The notes beneath the pieces were generated by a model. That model did no database searches, had not been told where the DNA came from, and saw only the letters and a list, made by a program, of their open reading frames with translations. Both the position numbers and the translations under genes were made by a program. A stretch of 64,000 nucleotides of DNA from Escherichia coli (GTDB taxonomy: Bacteria; Pseudomonadota; Gammaproteobacteria; Enterobacterales; Enterobacteriaceae). Shown here piece by piece: positions 16,703 to 27,548 of the stretch; positions within the stretch are counted from its first letter, which is position 1; each line of letters opens with the position of its first letter. The stretch lies in NCBI RefSeq assembly GCF_050920415.1, contig NZ_CP169309.1. One strand, given 5' to 3'.

Positions 16703-16730
16703 TCAGACTCGCCAGGGAAGAAAGAGTTCA
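16703..16730 (-). promoter_or_regulatory. sigmaE-type promoter of micA (-35 gaactc, -10 tctga)
   Basis: Elements upstream of MicA 5' end on minus strand. Confidence 0.5.
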
Positions 16731-16764
16731 GAAAATTTTTAAAAAAATTACCGGAGGTGGCTAA

Positions 16765-17280
16765 ATGCCGTTGTTAGATAGCTTCACAGTCGATCATACC
16801 CGGATGGAAGCGCCTGCAGTTCGGGTGGCGAAAACAATGAACACCCCGCATGGCGACGCAATCACCGTGTTCGATCTGCGCTTCTGCGTGCCGAACAAAG
16901 AAGTGATGCCAGAAAGAGGGATCCATACCCTGGAGCACCTGTTTGCTGGTTTTATGCGTAACCATCTGAACGGTAATGGCGTTGAGATTATCGATATCTC
17001 GCCAATGGGCTGCCGCACCGGTTTTTATATGAGTCTGATTGGTACGCCAGATGAGCAGCGTGTTGCTGATGCCTGGAAAGCGGCAATGGAAGACGTGCTG
17101 AAAGTGCAGGATCAGAATCAGATCCCGGAACTGAACGTCTACCAGTGTGGTACTTATCAGATGCATTCGTTGCAGGAAGCGCAGGATATTGCGCGTAATA
17201 TCCTGGAACGTGACGTACGCATCAACAGCAACGAAGAGTTGGCGCTGCCGAAAGAAAAGTTGCAGGAATTGCACATCTAG
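16765..17280 (+). CDS. luxS: S-ribosylhomocysteine lyase (AI-2 synthase)
   Basis: 171 aa; HTLEH metal-binding motif. Confidence 0.97.
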   Translation: MPLLDSFTVDHTRMEAPAVRVAKTMNTPHGDAITVFDLRFCVPNKEVMPERGIHTLEHLFAGFMRNHLNGNGVEIIDISPMGCRTGFYMSLIGTPDEQRVADAWKAAMEDVLKVQDQNQIPELNVYQCGTYQMHSLQEAQDIARNILERDVRINSNEELALPKEKLQELHI

Positions 17281-17293
17281 TCAATTGAAGAGG

Positions 17294-17326
17294 CCGGGCA
17301 GGTGATATCACCGCCCGGTTTTTATT
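17294..17326 (+). terminator. rho-independent terminator after luxS
   Basis: ccgggc / gcccgg stem followed by tttttatt; sits between convergent luxS and the HD-kinase gene. Confidence 0.7.
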
Positions 17327-18437
17327 ACCTGTCAGTCACCCGATATTCCACGCTATGTGCTTCATCAGGTTGAGGAACTTCCAGCCTTGAGGCCATCCGC
17401 ATCACGACCGCTTCAGGAACGGCATACTCGCGCCTGGCATTTTGCTGCTTCCATTGCGCCCACGGTACTTCCAGATAAACGATTTTTACTCGTGCACCGT
17501 AAGCCGTAAACAGACTGATGAGCTGGCTACGCAACTGGCGGGTAATGTTCGTTGCATTCCAGATGAACGGCTTCTTCTGGCGTAAAAAAACGCGCGCTTC
17601 TTCTTTTGCCTGTTGCACAATACGCCCGGTGGCGGTTTTGTCGTCCGGACTGGCATTGATTCGCCGCCGCATATCATCAAGGCTGATAACGTTCACTCTC
17701 TGGCACTGTTCACTGATAAAGCGATCTTTGCCCATACCCGGTAAACCACACAGCAAAATAACCTCAAAAGATTCAGCCTCCCAGGGAACAAAATCAGGAG
17801 AACTTTGTTCATGGGTCAGGTAATGCCAGCGTGCGGAATCCGAAGCGAATGAACGCACTTTTCCCCAGCATTGTTGCTCCTGGCAAAATAGCTCGAACAG
17901 ATCGATGCGTTCCAGCATTGATTGCTGATCATGACAATGGCGACCAAGCAGATCGGCACGAGCAAGCAAAGCGAGCAGACGCGTGTCGATACGCATTGCA
18001 GCCGTGAGCAGCAAACGCTCCGGTTCCGGACGTTCCAGTAACCATAGCGGTAACCCATGCAGACGCACCAGTGCAACAATTTGCTCGCGTAGCACGAACG
18101 GCGTCGGGATATCGCGCCATAAAATTTGTCGGGCCGTCAATTCACCCCGACGAGCATGACCAGGAGACTGAATACGTCCGTTTTCCTGCACGGTAGTACT
18201 GCGCTTTTCAACGTCATGCAATAACGCCGCCGCCCATAAAATTTCCTGCTGCTGAGCGGGGAGTTGCTGAAACTCAGCCATCGCAACGAGTGCGTTCAGC
18301 ACCATTTCAGTATGCACACCAACGTCGCCTTCACCATGATGCTCCGGGTCTTGCGGCGTGTTATGCATATCCTCAACCCAGCTAAAACGCTGGCGTAGCG
18401 TCGACCAGCGTTTGTCGTCGGTAAGTTGCCAAATCAT
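17325..18437 (-). CDS. HD-domain phosphohydrolase fused to P-loop (polynucleotide-kinase-like) domain; putative RNA end-healing enzyme
   Basis: 370 aa; N-terminal [10 protein letters not shown]...LLHDVEK; C-terminal Walker A GLPGMGKD then LDDMRRR; start overlaps upstream ligase stop (ATGA). Confidence 0.6.
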   Translation of the reverse strand: MIWQLTDDKRWSTLRQRFSWVEDMHNTPQDPEHHGEGDVGVHTEMVLNALVAMAEFQQLPAQQQEILWAAALLHDVEKRSTTVQENGRIQSPGHARRGELTARQILWRDIPTPFVLREQIVALVRLHGLPLWLLERPEPERLLLTAAMRIDTRLLALLARADLLGRHCHDQQSMLERIDLFELFCQEQQCWGKVRSFASDSARWHYLTHEQSSPDFVPWEAESFEVILLCGLPGMGKDRFISEQCQRVNVISLDDMRRRINASPDDKTATGRIVQQAKEEARVFLRQKKPFIWNATNITRQLRSQLISLFTAYGARVKIVYLEVPWAQWKQQNARREYAVPEAVVMRMASRLEVPQPDEAHSVEYRVTDR

Positions 18438-19141
18438 GACTGTTCTCCATAAGCGAACTCATGGGCCATCCGCGCCCGTCGCCAGTGGCGTTTCCAGTGC
18501 TCGGTGGTTTTGACATGATTTTTGCGTACATACTTGAAGACGTTATGCGAAAAGTCAGCGACGGAAAACGCATCACTATTCCGGCTGACAATGCCTTCCA
18601 GCGTACAGGGTTGCCCGGTTTGCGTATCCCAGGGATCGAACGCGCCGCGCGCATTGGTCAGCGCCAGAAAATCACGTTGCCAGCTTTTTTCATCATTCCC
18701 CGGCTGCGGGCCGGAGATTTCGGGAACGCAGGGGAAATCAAACAGAGCGGCGTAAAACTGCACCTCTTCCCAGCTCAGCCACATATCCTGGCAGCGAACG
18801 GCAAACAGATAAAAATCCTGCTCCAGGGCGCGATATTCAATCGAATGAACGGCATAAAGATTTTCACCAAACAACTCCAGATCGCCGAGATCGTTTTTCA
18901 GCAGTTGCCAGCGTTGGCGAATTTTATAGGTCCATGCCGATTGTGTAGGCGCGGCATGGGAACGGGCAAACACGCCGTAGCGGTTAAGGCAGTTATTTTC
19001 ACCGTCGAGTTTTTCTGTGTGCACCAATTGCGTGATGGCCTGTAAATCCTGCCAGTAATCGGTGTTAATACGGTCATCGCTGGTGGTGCCAGGGGAGAAA
19101 GGATAATGCCAGGTTCTCCCGTATTTACGTTGGGTATTCAT
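18434..19141 (-). CDS. compact ATP-dependent RNA ligase domain protein (Rnl2/Rnl5-like nucleotidyltransferase)
   Basis: 235 aa; motif [10 protein letters not shown], motif [11 protein letters not shown], motif IV LEGIVSR, motif [12 protein letters not shown] in canonical order. Confidence 0.65.
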   Translation of the reverse strand: MNTQRKYGRTWHYPFSPGTTSDDRINTDYWQDLQAITQLVHTEKLDGENNCLNRYGVFARSHAAPTQSAWTYKIRQRWQLLKNDLGDLELFGENLYAVHSIEYRALEQDFYLFAVRCQDMWLSWEEVQFYAALFDFPCVPEISGPQPGNDEKSWQRDFLALTNARGAFDPWDTQTGQPCTLEGIVSRNSDAFSVADFSHNVFKYVRKNHVKTTEHWKRHWRRARMAHEFAYGEQS

Positions 19142-19361
19142 AATAATCCATTATTTTTTGTGTAATAAACGTACGCCCGCGAGGGTGCGAGTTATGGGGT
19201 TAAAAAAAATGTGAGTATCACCCGCGAAAGCGAGGGCGAAGAAAAAAGAGAGTTAACAACCTGAGCGAATGCTCAGAACCGGTTAATGGTGAATGGAAGA
19301 GTTTGGGGCGGCGAAAAGATACACCGTTTGAGATGATAAAACAACCGTTTACAGAATGAGC

Positions 19362-19389
19362 AAATAAAAAGGGAGCCGCAGCTCCCTTT
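19362..19389 (-). terminator. rho-independent terminator after emrB
   Basis: gggagc...gctccc hairpin followed by U-run on minus strand. Confidence 0.7.
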
Positions 19390-19396
19390 GACAACC

Positions 19397-20935
19397 TTAG
19401 TGCGCACCGCCTCCGCCGCCACCTGCGCCAAATGGCGGTTTAGCAAACCACACCAGCCCCAGCAGGACGAGGAATATCCCGGCTGACATCCAGAAGATCT
19501 CATTGGCGGAAATAATCAGCCCCTGATTGGTGATCTGCTGGGCAATCCAGCCTGATGCCTGTTGTTGCGTCATCCCCAGCCCTTCCAGTTGGCTGTACAT
19601 CGCCTGAGCGTTCGGGTTAAACGGGTTTACCGACTCGGTTAACTGTGCGTGGTGCATCGACTCGCGGTTAGTCCACATGGTGGTGGTGATGGATGTGCCG
19701 ATAGACCCCGCCAGCGTTCGCGTAAAGTTAGAGAGGCTCGATGCCGCCGCCAGTCGTTCCGGTGGCAAACCAGACAGCGTAATGGTGGTCAGCGGCATAA
19801 AGAAGCAGGCCACTGCGAAGCCCTGGATAAACTGCGGCCAGGCCGACGCACCAAAATCCATACCCGGTTCAAAGGTATAGGCACGCCAGTAGAAGCAGAC
19901 GGCATACATAATAAAGCTGAAGGTTACCAGCCGCCGCATATCCAGTTTATGCGCGAAGCGGCCGATAATCGGCGACAGGATCACCGGAATAATCCCTACC
20001 GGCGCAGAGGCCAAACCTGCCCAGGTCGCCGTGTAACCGTAGACCTCCTGCAACAACTGCGGCAGCAGAACAATCGCGCCGAAGTAGAGCATATACGCGA
20101 GGCTGATACACAAGCAGCCGATGGTGAAGTTGCGCGACTTAAACAACGACAGATCGACTATCGGGTTATCGTCGGTCAGCTCCCAGACAATCAGGAAGCA
20201 GATAGCCACCACCGCCACCACGGTGAGGATGATTATTTCCTGCGATGAGAACCAGTCCAGCTCTTTACCGCGGTCGAGCATAATCTGCAGGCTGCCGATA
20301 CCAATCACCAGCAGTGCCAGCCCCACGGCATCAATCCGCCGCCGTTCGGTGCGGGTTTCGCGTCCGCGCAGGGTTTGCAGTGTCATCAACACCACCGCCA
20401 CGCCAATCGGCACGTTGATGAAGAATATCCAGCCCCAGTGGTAATTATCGCTGATATAACCGCCGAGGATCGGGCCGCAAATTGGCGCGACAATCACCGT
20501 CATCGACCACAACGCCAGCGCGATCGAGCGTTTTGCTGGCGGGTAGTTATTCAGCAATAGACTTTGCGAAAGCGGGATCAACGGCCCGGCGACAATTCCC
20601 TGAATCACGCGGAAGAAGATCAGCATATTCAGGCTGCTGGAGACACCACACGCCCACGACGCAATAGCAAAGGCGATGGTCGACCAGAGGAACAGCTTCA
20701 CTTCCCCAACGCGCTTTGCCAGCCAGCCGGTAAGCGGGATCGAGATGGCATTCGCCACCCCGAAAGAAGTGATTACCCACGTTCCCTGGCTGAGCGATGA
20801 GCCCAGATTCCCGGCGATAGTGGGGATCGCCACGTTAGCAATGGTGGAGTCCAGCACCTGCATGAATGTCGCCAGTGACAGCGCAATCGTCATAATGACC
20901 AGTTGCGCGCCTTCCAGCGGTTTTTGCTGTTGCAT
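19397..20935 (-). CDS. emrB: multidrug efflux MFS permease EmrB
   Basis: Start chosen at MQQQKPLEG (512 aa); 14-TMS MFS profile; synteny. Confidence 0.92.
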   Translation of the reverse strand: MQQQKPLEGAQLVIMTIALSLATFMQVLDSTIANVAIPTIAGNLGSSLSQGTWVITSFGVANAISIPLTGWLAKRVGEVKLFLWSTIAFAIASWACGVSSSLNMLIFFRVIQGIVAGPLIPLSQSLLLNNYPPAKRSIALALWSMTVIVAPICGPILGGYISDNYHWGWIFFINVPIGVAVVLMTLQTLRGRETRTERRRIDAVGLALLVIGIGSLQIMLDRGKELDWFSSQEIIILTVVAVVAICFLIVWELTDDNPIVDLSLFKSRNFTIGCLCISLAYMLYFGAIVLLPQLLQEVYGYTATWAGLASAPVGIIPVILSPIIGRFAHKLDMRRLVTFSFIMYAVCFYWRAYTFEPGMDFGASAWPQFIQGFAVACFFMPLTTITLSGLPPERLAAASSLSNFTRTLAGSIGTSITTTMWTNRESMHHAQLTESVNPFNPNAQAMYSQLEGLGMTQQQASGWIAQQITNQGLIISANEIFWMSAGIFLVLLGLVWFAKPPFGAGGGGGGAH

Positions 20936-20951
20936 CACACGCACCTCTGGA

Positions 20952-22124
20952 TTAGCCAGCGTTAGCTTTTACGATATCGTCGATCAGTTTATTGACAGGT
21001 GCCAGGCTGATTTCACGCGCGGTGCTTACCGCGACCGGTGTGGAACGTACTTTATTTGCCAGTACCTGACCGTCACGGTTAGTGGTATTGACGCTCACCA
21101 GCGTGGATAAACCGATACGCAGCGGGTATTGTTCCAGCTGTTTCTGGTCCAGTTCAATACGAACAGGCAGACGCTGAACGACTTTGATCCAGTTACCGGT
21201 GGCGTTTTGCGCCGGAAGCAGCGAGAACGCGCTACCTGTGCCCATATCCAGACCAACCACTTTACCGGTGTATTTCACATCATCGCCGTAAATATCGGTG
21301 GTGATGGTGACCGGCTGACCGATACGCATATTGGCAATCTGCGTCTCTTTAAAGTTGGCATCCACCCACATATTGGTGGCTGGAACGACCGCCATCAGCG
21401 GCGTCGTTGGGCTAATTTGTGCCCCAGGCTGTACCGCGCGGCGGGAGACATAACCGGTCATCGGACTGACAATACGGGTACGCTCCAGCGCCAGCCAGGC
21501 GTTACGTACTTCGGTGGCAGCCTGTTGCACGGCAGGCTGATCTTCCAGTTTAGTCCCCAGAATCATCGCCTGATTGGCATTGTATTGTTGAATGGCGACA
21601 TCCAGTTGCGCCTGGGCACTGGTCACCGCGTCGCGGGCGTGTTGCAGCTCTTCGCGACCAATCAGGTTGGCATTGCCCAGCGGCACACGGCGGTTGTAGT
21701 CGCTTTGTGCTTTCGCGAGGGCGATTTTTTGCACCTCAATATTCGCCTGCAACTGTTTGCTGTTAATCATCAGCTGGTGGGTTTGGCGCACGCTGGAAGC
21801 CAGTGCCGTTTTGGCTTTTTCAAACGCCTGGCGAGCATCTGTCGGGTCGAGAGTGACCAGCACATCGCCTTCTTTTACAAAATCGGTGTTATCGGCCCAG
21901 ACTTTCGTCACGCTGCCAGACACCTGAGACATAATTTGAATCTGATTTCCTGCCACGTATGCGTCATCGGTTTCTTCGAAATGACGCAGTACCAAAAACC
22001 AATAAATCCCTATCGCTACGGCAATAATTATAAAGAGCAAGGTGAGAAGGAGGAGCAGACGCTTACGTTTGCCGCTCTTCTTTACCGGTTGCTGCGGGGT
22101 TTGAGTCTCCGCATTTGCGCTCAT
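20952..22124 (-). CDS. emrA: multidrug efflux membrane fusion protein EmrA
   Basis: Start chosen at MSANAETQ (390 aa); synteny. Confidence 0.92.
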   Translation of the reverse strand: MSANAETQTPQQPVKKSGKRKRLLLLLTLLFIIIAVAIGIYWFLVLRHFEETDDAYVAGNQIQIMSQVSGSVTKVWADNTDFVKEGDVLVTLDPTDARQAFEKAKTALASSVRQTHQLMINSKQLQANIEVQKIALAKAQSDYNRRVPLGNANLIGREELQHARDAVTSAQAQLDVAIQQYNANQAMILGTKLEDQPAVQQAATEVRNAWLALERTRIVSPMTGYVSRRAVQPGAQISPTTPLMAVVPATNMWVDANFKETQIANMRIGQPVTITTDIYGDDVKYTGKVVGLDMGTGSAFSLLPAQNATGNWIKVVQRLPVRIELDQKQLEQYPLRIGLSTLVSVNTTNRDGQVLANKVRSTPVAVSTAREISLAPVNKLIDDIVKANAG

Positions 22125-22250
22125 ATTGTTCTCCACGATCTTCTTAACTCATCGGCTGAGCCGACCTGCTTGCCAAAAAGGCCAGCATGTTGCGATGCTG
22201 GCCAGTCATTTTTTCTTTTATAAATCTGGATTTTTGAGCGAGATGACGCG

Positions 22251-22781
22251 TTAGCTCATCGCTTCGAGAACCACACCGTCTTGTTCCATCTGGTCGAGAC
22301 GGGAGAGCAATTTGCGGGTGATTTGCTCGAGTTGATCTTTTTCTGTTGTGCTGAGCGCGGACCAGAGTTGATGCAGGCAGTTATGCTGCGGTGGTAAAAC
22401 CTCGCGCAAAAACTCGTGACCTTTTTCCGTTAATTGCAGATGCAGGCAGCGGCGATCGTTATCGCTTTCACGACGTTCGATCCAACCGCGTTTTTCCAGT
22501 TCATCGGCAATACGCGTCGCGTTGGTACGGGATGATCCAAGAGCACAACTCAATTCAGAAGGCTGAATACTGTGGTTTTCCTGAGACTCCAGCGTAATCA
22601 ACGCCATAAACAACGTCTCGTTAATCCCCTGAGCCTTCAGCATTTTATTGCGGTTCTCCAGCAGCTTGCTTTGCATGTGCATGCAAAGACGAGTCAGAAG
22701 GATCTCCTGATAAGGAAAATCTTCGTGGCGGCTGGCGCGAAATTTTAGCATTTGTTCAATGGGCGTAAACGAACTATCCAT
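22251..22781 (-). CDS. mprA: MarR-family repressor of emrAB
   Basis: 176 aa; winged-helix MarR fold region; synteny. Confidence 0.92.
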
Positions 22782-22871
22782 TTGGGTATGACCTCATTAA
22801 TTTCAGCCGATATAGTAACGACAGTGACAAATAAAGTAAATGTATTGTTTTAGAAAAATGATTCTTGTGGG

Positions 22872-23207
22872 TTATATAATCGCCATCACTTTCCAGGCGA
22901 GCCCATAGGCCAGCGCACTAAGCAGTGTTGGGATGATAATGCTGCGTGTTTTATAGAAACTGGCACCCAGTACCGCGAAGCCGACCAGAGTGGGCACGAA
23001 ACGGCGTGTATCGTGCATCACTTCTGGTGCGGTAGAGACAACCAGCAGAGCGCATATCGAGGCGATGCCAATGGTGTCGAGCAAAATACCTACCGCGCCA
23101 CGTTTGGTTGGGCGGGCATTACCCACACGCAGGCGCAGCGGCAAATAGCGGAAGCAATAATTCGCCGCGCCAACCAGTAACCCAAGCAGCAGAACCTCAT
23201 AGCTCAT
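22872..23207 (-). CDS. ygaH: branched-chain amino acid exporter small subunit (AzlD-like)
   Basis: 111 aa hydrophobic ORF; synteny. Confidence 0.85.
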   Translation of the reverse strand: MSYEVLLLGLLVGAANYCFRYLPLRLRVGNARPTKRGAVGILLDTIGIASICALLVVSTAPEVMHDTRRFVPTLVGFAVLGASFYKTRSIIIPTLLSALAYGLAWKVMAII

Positions 23208-23934
23208 CGGGCGCTCCTTGCCAGAATGCCTGGATTAACGCAGTGAGGCAGCCACAGACAATGCCTGCCAGAATGGCGACGGGAATAGAAAATAGCGTTA
23301 CGCCTGCAAGGGCACCAACTAACGCTGCGGTAACGCAAAGAGATTGTTTGCGCTGGAAAGAGGCGAGCAGGAAACTCATAAAGAGTGCCGGAAGCATAAA
23401 ACCTAATGCTGCTTCAACGGCGGGATATCCTTGCAGCAAGCCGCTGCCGGAGAATGCCCCTATTACCGTACCAAATACCCACGATGACCATGAACTGAAG
23501 GCAATGCCGATCATCCAGTTCTCGCTCCAGCGGCGATTATTGCGTACCAGTTTTGCGGTTGCGGCGGCAAAAACCTCATCCGTCAGGCCAAACGCCCACA
23601 GGGCAGTTTTCGATTTTTGCAGACGCTGAATAATACGGCTACGCAGTGACGGGCCATACAAAACATGGCGAACATCCATTGCCATGACGGTCAGTGCAGC
23701 AACCCACAAACTACTCCCGGCTGCCAGCATCGCGGTAATGACGAACTGGCTCGCGCCTGCATAAATGATGCAGGAGAAAAAAACGCTTTCGAGAGGAGAG
23801 AATCCCAGACGGGTCGCATTCAGACCGAACGCAAAGGCCACCGGAATATAACTAATAACAATCGGTAAACTGTCTTTGCATCCTTCCATGAAGGTCGCCG
23901 AACCAGGAGCAGGCTGTGGAGTAGGGCTTTCCAT
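23197..23934 (-). CDS. ygaZ: branched-chain amino acid exporter large subunit (AzlC-like)
   Basis: 245 aa membrane ORF overlapping ygaH start. Confidence 0.85.
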   Translation of the reverse strand: MESPTPQPAPGSATFMEGCKDSLPIVISYIPVAFAFGLNATRLGFSPLESVFFSCIIYAGASQFVITAMLAAGSSLWVAALTVMAMDVRHVLYGPSLRSRIIQRLQKSKTALWAFGLTDEVFAAATAKLVRNNRRWSENWMIGIAFSSWSSWVFGTVIGAFSGSGLLQGYPAVEAALGFMLPALFMSFLLASFQRKQSLCVTAALVGALAGVTLFSIPVAILAGIVCGCLTALIQAFWQGAPDEL

Positions 23935-24057
23935 AGAGTGTACGCTTAACGATTGTTAATATTATAAATAGACTGAATGAATATCTTAACCTTATCAGAC
24001 TGATGGGCTTCTTAACACCCTTATAAGTGTAAAGCCACGAAAACGGTTGCTGATTGC

Positions 24058-25242
24058 TTAATTTGCGGCTTCCTGACGATGAAAACCTCGCCACCAGACC
24101 AGTAAGTTAACCAGGGCAATCGTCGCGCCAGCCAGACAAACGCCAGCCCAACCGCCATGTTGCCAGGCTGAGGCTGAAATTAGCGAACCGGCGGCACCGC
24201 CAATGAAGTAGCTGGTCATGTAACCTGCGGTCAGGCGATTACGCGCATCAGGGTGTATTCGATAAATTACCGTCTGGTTAGTGATATGCACGCCCTGCAC
24301 GGTGAGATCCAGCACCAGGATGCCGATAATCAGCGCCAGTACGGAAGTGTGACCAAACCAGATCGCCAGCCATGAAAGTAACAGCAGCAGCAGACCGAAA
24401 GTTGTGGTGTGGTGCGATTTGCCCTTATCGGCAAATCCGCCCGCCGGACGAGCGCCCAACGCTCCGGCTGCTCCCGCAAGTCCAAACAGACCAATGACGC
24501 CATCGCTGTAATTAAAAGGCGGAGCGGCGAGCAAAAAGGCCATCGAGGTCCAGAGAATGCTGAAGTTGGCAAAGGTCAGGCAGCCCAGCAACGCGCGGGT
24601 GCGCAGAATTTTATCGCTGATAAACATGCTGAAAACGGAACCAAGCAACTGTGGGTAGTTGAGGTGGGTTTCTGATTTCATTTGTGGCAGACCACGCCAT
24701 AATGCCAGCGCCATCAGTGCCATTAACACCGAGGCAACCCAAAAGACGGTGCGCCAGCCGCCGAGGTTTGCCAGCAACCCGGCAACGGTTCGTGCCAGCA
24801 AGATCCCCAACAGCAGCCCGCTCATAATGGTGCCGACCACTTTGCCGCGTTTGTCCGGTGAAGCCAGCGTCGCTGCCAGCGGAACCAGAATTTGTGCCAC
24901 GACCGAGAATAAACCGGTTAATGCCGTACCGAGGATCATCATCGCCAGCGACTGACTGCTGGCGGTAATCAACATACCGCCCGCTGCCAGTAAGGTCATC
25001 GAGACAATCAGGCGGCGGCGTTCAAACATATCACCGAGGGGAACAAGAAACAGCAGACCTGCGGCATACCCCAACTGCGCGGCGGTAACAATAAAGCCCG
25101 CCGAACTGGCGGAAAGGGAAAAGTTACGCGCGATGGTGTCGAGCAATGGCTGGGCGTAATAGTTACTGGCTACCGCCAGACCGGTGGCGATAGACATCAG
25201 CACGATCAGCGCCGGGCTAAGCTCATGATTAGGTTTAGTCAT
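24058..25242 (-). CDS. ygaY: MFS transporter, apparently intact
   Basis: 394 aa uninterrupted ORF with 12-TMS pattern; this locus is recalled as a pseudogene in K-12. Confidence 0.75.
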   Translation of the reverse strand: MTKPNHELSPALIVLMSIATGLAVASNYYAQPLLDTIARNFSLSASSAGFIVTAAQLGYAAGLLFLVPLGDMFERRRLIVSMTLLAAGGMLITASSQSLAMMILGTALTGLFSVVAQILVPLAATLASPDKRGKVVGTIMSGLLLGILLARTVAGLLANLGGWRTVFWVASVLMALMALALWRGLPQMKSETHLNYPQLLGSVFSMFISDKILRTRALLGCLTFANFSILWTSMAFLLAAPPFNYSDGVIGLFGLAGAAGALGARPAGGFADKGKSHHTTTFGLLLLLLSWLAIWFGHTSVLALIIGILVLDLTVQGVHITNQTVIYRIHPDARNRLTAGYMTSYFIGGAAGSLISASAWQHGGWAGVCLAGATIALVNLLVWWRGFHRQEAAN

Positions 25243-25351
25243 TATTTTTGTTCATCAGGTGATGATTAAGCTGGAAATCAATAATAGCGGATGTTGATGA
25301 ATATGGGATGAAAGATAGATTGTTGAAATGTGCGGTGTGGTTTGTAGACAT

Positions 25352-25423
25352 GATAAGACGCGCCAGCGTCGCATCAGGCATTGTGTACAGAGCGGCGGAT
25401 GAGGCAAAAACGCCTTATCCGCC
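25352..25423. repeat. pair of REP-like palindromic units between ygaY and proX
   Basis: gataagacgcgccagcgtcgcatcaggca and gcggcggatgaggcaaaaacgccttatccgcc. Confidence 0.55.
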
Positions 25424-25433
25424 CGAGTAAAAA

Positions 25434-26426
25434 TTACTTCTGCGCTGCCAGCGCCTCATTCACCCAGCCATCGAACTGCTGCTGGTGGGCTTTGATCCAG
25501 CCATCAACGTGGCCCTGAATATCGCCTTCTGAGGCTTTGCCGTCATGCATAATGGCGTTCTGGGCGTTAATATCTGCCACTGGTAACTGCATAATGGCAA
25601 ACAGTTTCGCTGCTGCCGGGTTTTTCTCGGCCCAGGCTTTGTTGGCAACGATATGCATGGTACTGACCGGGAAGCCGTAATTCGCGCCATTCGGCAGTTT
25701 GGTATCGGCATTTTTATCGCCCGGCAGTGCGGAGAACGGCACCTGCAACCAGACCACATCTTTCCCCGGTTTCAGTTCGTTACTCACCCAGTACGGCGTC
25801 CAGGTGTAGTAAAACACCGGCTTACCCTCTTTGTAACGACTGATGGTGTCAGCCATCATCGCTGCGTAGTTCCCCTGATTATGCGTCACGGTATTGGTCA
25901 GTCCATACGCGGCAAGCTGGTGGTTGATCGCACCTTCGCAGCCCCAGCCTGGGTTACAGCCGGTTAAATCCGCTTTACCGTCGCCGTTGGTATCGAACAG
26001 TTTGGCGATCTTCGGATCTTTAAGTTGCGCGATGTTGGTAATTTTATACTGGTCGGCGGTTTTCTTATCGATCAGGTAACCCTGTGCCGCGCCGTTAACA
26101 AATACTCCTTCACGATAAAATTTCTTATCGCCACCGGCAGCTTCGTACATGTTGTCATGCAGTGGCGTCCAGTTCACTGCGGTGAAGGTTGCATCGCCGG
26201 AAGCAAGCGAGGTGTAGCCAACGTTGTAATCCACTTCGCTGGGTTTATTGACGGTATAACCTAATTTCTCCAGCGCGCGGCTGACCAGCAGCGTCTGGAA
26301 AGTTTCTTCGGTGATGGTGCTCTGAACCGGATTAACAGTAATGCCTTTGCCCGGCAGGTCGGCAGCAAAAGTTTGTGTAGAGATAAGCGTGGCAAACGCT
26401 GTCGCAAAAAGTACGCTATGTCGCAT
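25434..26426 (-). CDS. proX: glycine betaine/proline ABC transporter periplasmic binding protein
   Basis: Start chosen at [21 protein letters not shown] (signal peptide; 330 aa). Confidence 0.92.
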   Translation of the reverse strand: MRHSVLFATAFATLISTQTFAADLPGKGITVNPVQSTITEETFQTLLVSRALEKLGYTVNKPSEVDYNVGYTSLASGDATFTAVNWTPLHDNMYEAAGGDKKFYREGVFVNGAAQGYLIDKKTADQYKITNIAQLKDPKIAKLFDTNGDGKADLTGCNPGWGCEGAINHQLAAYGLTNTVTHNQGNYAAMMADTISRYKEGKPVFYYTWTPYWVSNELKPGKDVVWLQVPFSALPGDKNADTKLPNGANYGFPVSTMHIVANKAWAEKNPAAAKLFAIMQLPVADINAQNAIMHDGKASEGDIQGHVDGWIKAHQQQFDGWVNEALAAQK

Positions 26427-26483
26427 TGTTATTCCTTTTTTTGGCAGGGTGATAATGCCCGGCGTCACCGGGCAAGTGCAGAG

Positions 26484-27548
26484 TTACTTAATGAATGGGC
26501 GGGTCAGCAGACCGACAGGTCCAGTGGTGTACCAGCGACGGTTGCCGCGACTGCGTGAGTCGCGCCCAACGGCCTGCGTCAGGCGGTCGAGGATAATGGC
26601 GAGGATCACAATCCCGACGCCGCCAACGGTGGCAAGCCCCATATCCAGACGACCGATACCGCGAAGTACCATCTGACCCAGCCCGCCGACGGCAATCATC
26701 GAGGCGATGACCACCATAGAAAGGGCCAGCATCAGCGTCTGGTTAACGCCCGCCATTATGGTCGGCATCGCCAGCGGTAACTGAACTTTGAACAGCATTT
26801 GACGCGGGCTGGCACCGAATGAGCGCGAGGCTTCAATTAAATCCGCCGGAACCTGATTAATACCAAGAATCGTCAGACGGATAATCGGCGGCAGAGCAAA
26901 GATTATAGTCACCACTACGCCCGGCACGTTGCCGATACCAAACAGCATGACGATTGGCACCAGATAAACAAACGCTGGCGTGGTCTGCATGGCATCAAGC
27001 AGTGGACGAATAATTTTCGCCGCTCGCGGACTTCTCGCCAGCCAGATCCCCAACGGCAAACCTATGACGATACAGAACAGCAGGGCGGTTAACACCAGCG
27101 CCAGGGTAACCATGGCCTGCGACCAGGCACCGATTGCGCCGATGGCAATCAGCGAAACCAGAGTCGCCACGCCCATTCCGACCCCGGAAATCTGCCAGGC
27201 GATGAGAGCGAAAACGATAATCGCCACCGGCGCGGGCATACCCAGCAGCAATTGCTGGAAACCGTTGAGGATGTAATCAACCGGAACGCGCACGCCCTGA
27301 AAGACGGGACGAAAATGGGTAACGACCCAGTCGATCCCTTCAGTGACCCAACTGTCGAGCGGGATTAGCGTTTTATGGAACGGATCGAGAATATTAAAAT
27401 GCTCGACGTTTGGCGCAGGCGTACTGGTCAGCCAGTCAGCGCCACCGCCGTCAGTCGGTGCAGTCGCCGGTGTACCCCAGGCGTCTGCAGATTGTGCAGC
27501 ACTGTCCGCCGCTGGCGTGGTATCCCACGGATTATTTTGATCAGCCAT
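26484..27548 (-). CDS. proW: glycine betaine/proline ABC transporter permease
   Basis: 354 aa; synteny. Confidence 0.92.
   Translation of the reverse strand: MADQNNPWDTTPAADSAAQSADAWGTPATAPTDGGGADWLTSTPAPNVEHFNILDPFHKTLIPLDSWVTEGIDWVVTHFRPVFQGVRVPVDYILNGFQQLLLGMPAPVAIIVFALIAWQISGVGMGVATLVSLIAIGAIGAWSQAMVTLALVLTALLFCIVIGLPLGIWLARSPRAAKIIRPLLDAMQTTPAFVYLVPIVMLFGIGNVPGVVVTIIFALPPIIRLTILGINQVPADLIEASRSFGASPRQMLFKVQLPLAMPTIMAGVNQTLMLALSMVVIASMIAVGGLGQMVLRGIGRLDMGLATVGGVGIVILAIILDRLTQAVGRDSRSRGNRRWYTTGPVGLLTRPFIK

Noticed and set aside
19649-20248. 199-aa plus-strand ORF
   Set aside because: Antisense to emrB.
21129-22223. 364-aa plus-strand ORF
   Set aside because: Antisense to emrA, which is well supported by synteny and its membrane-fusion-protein profile.
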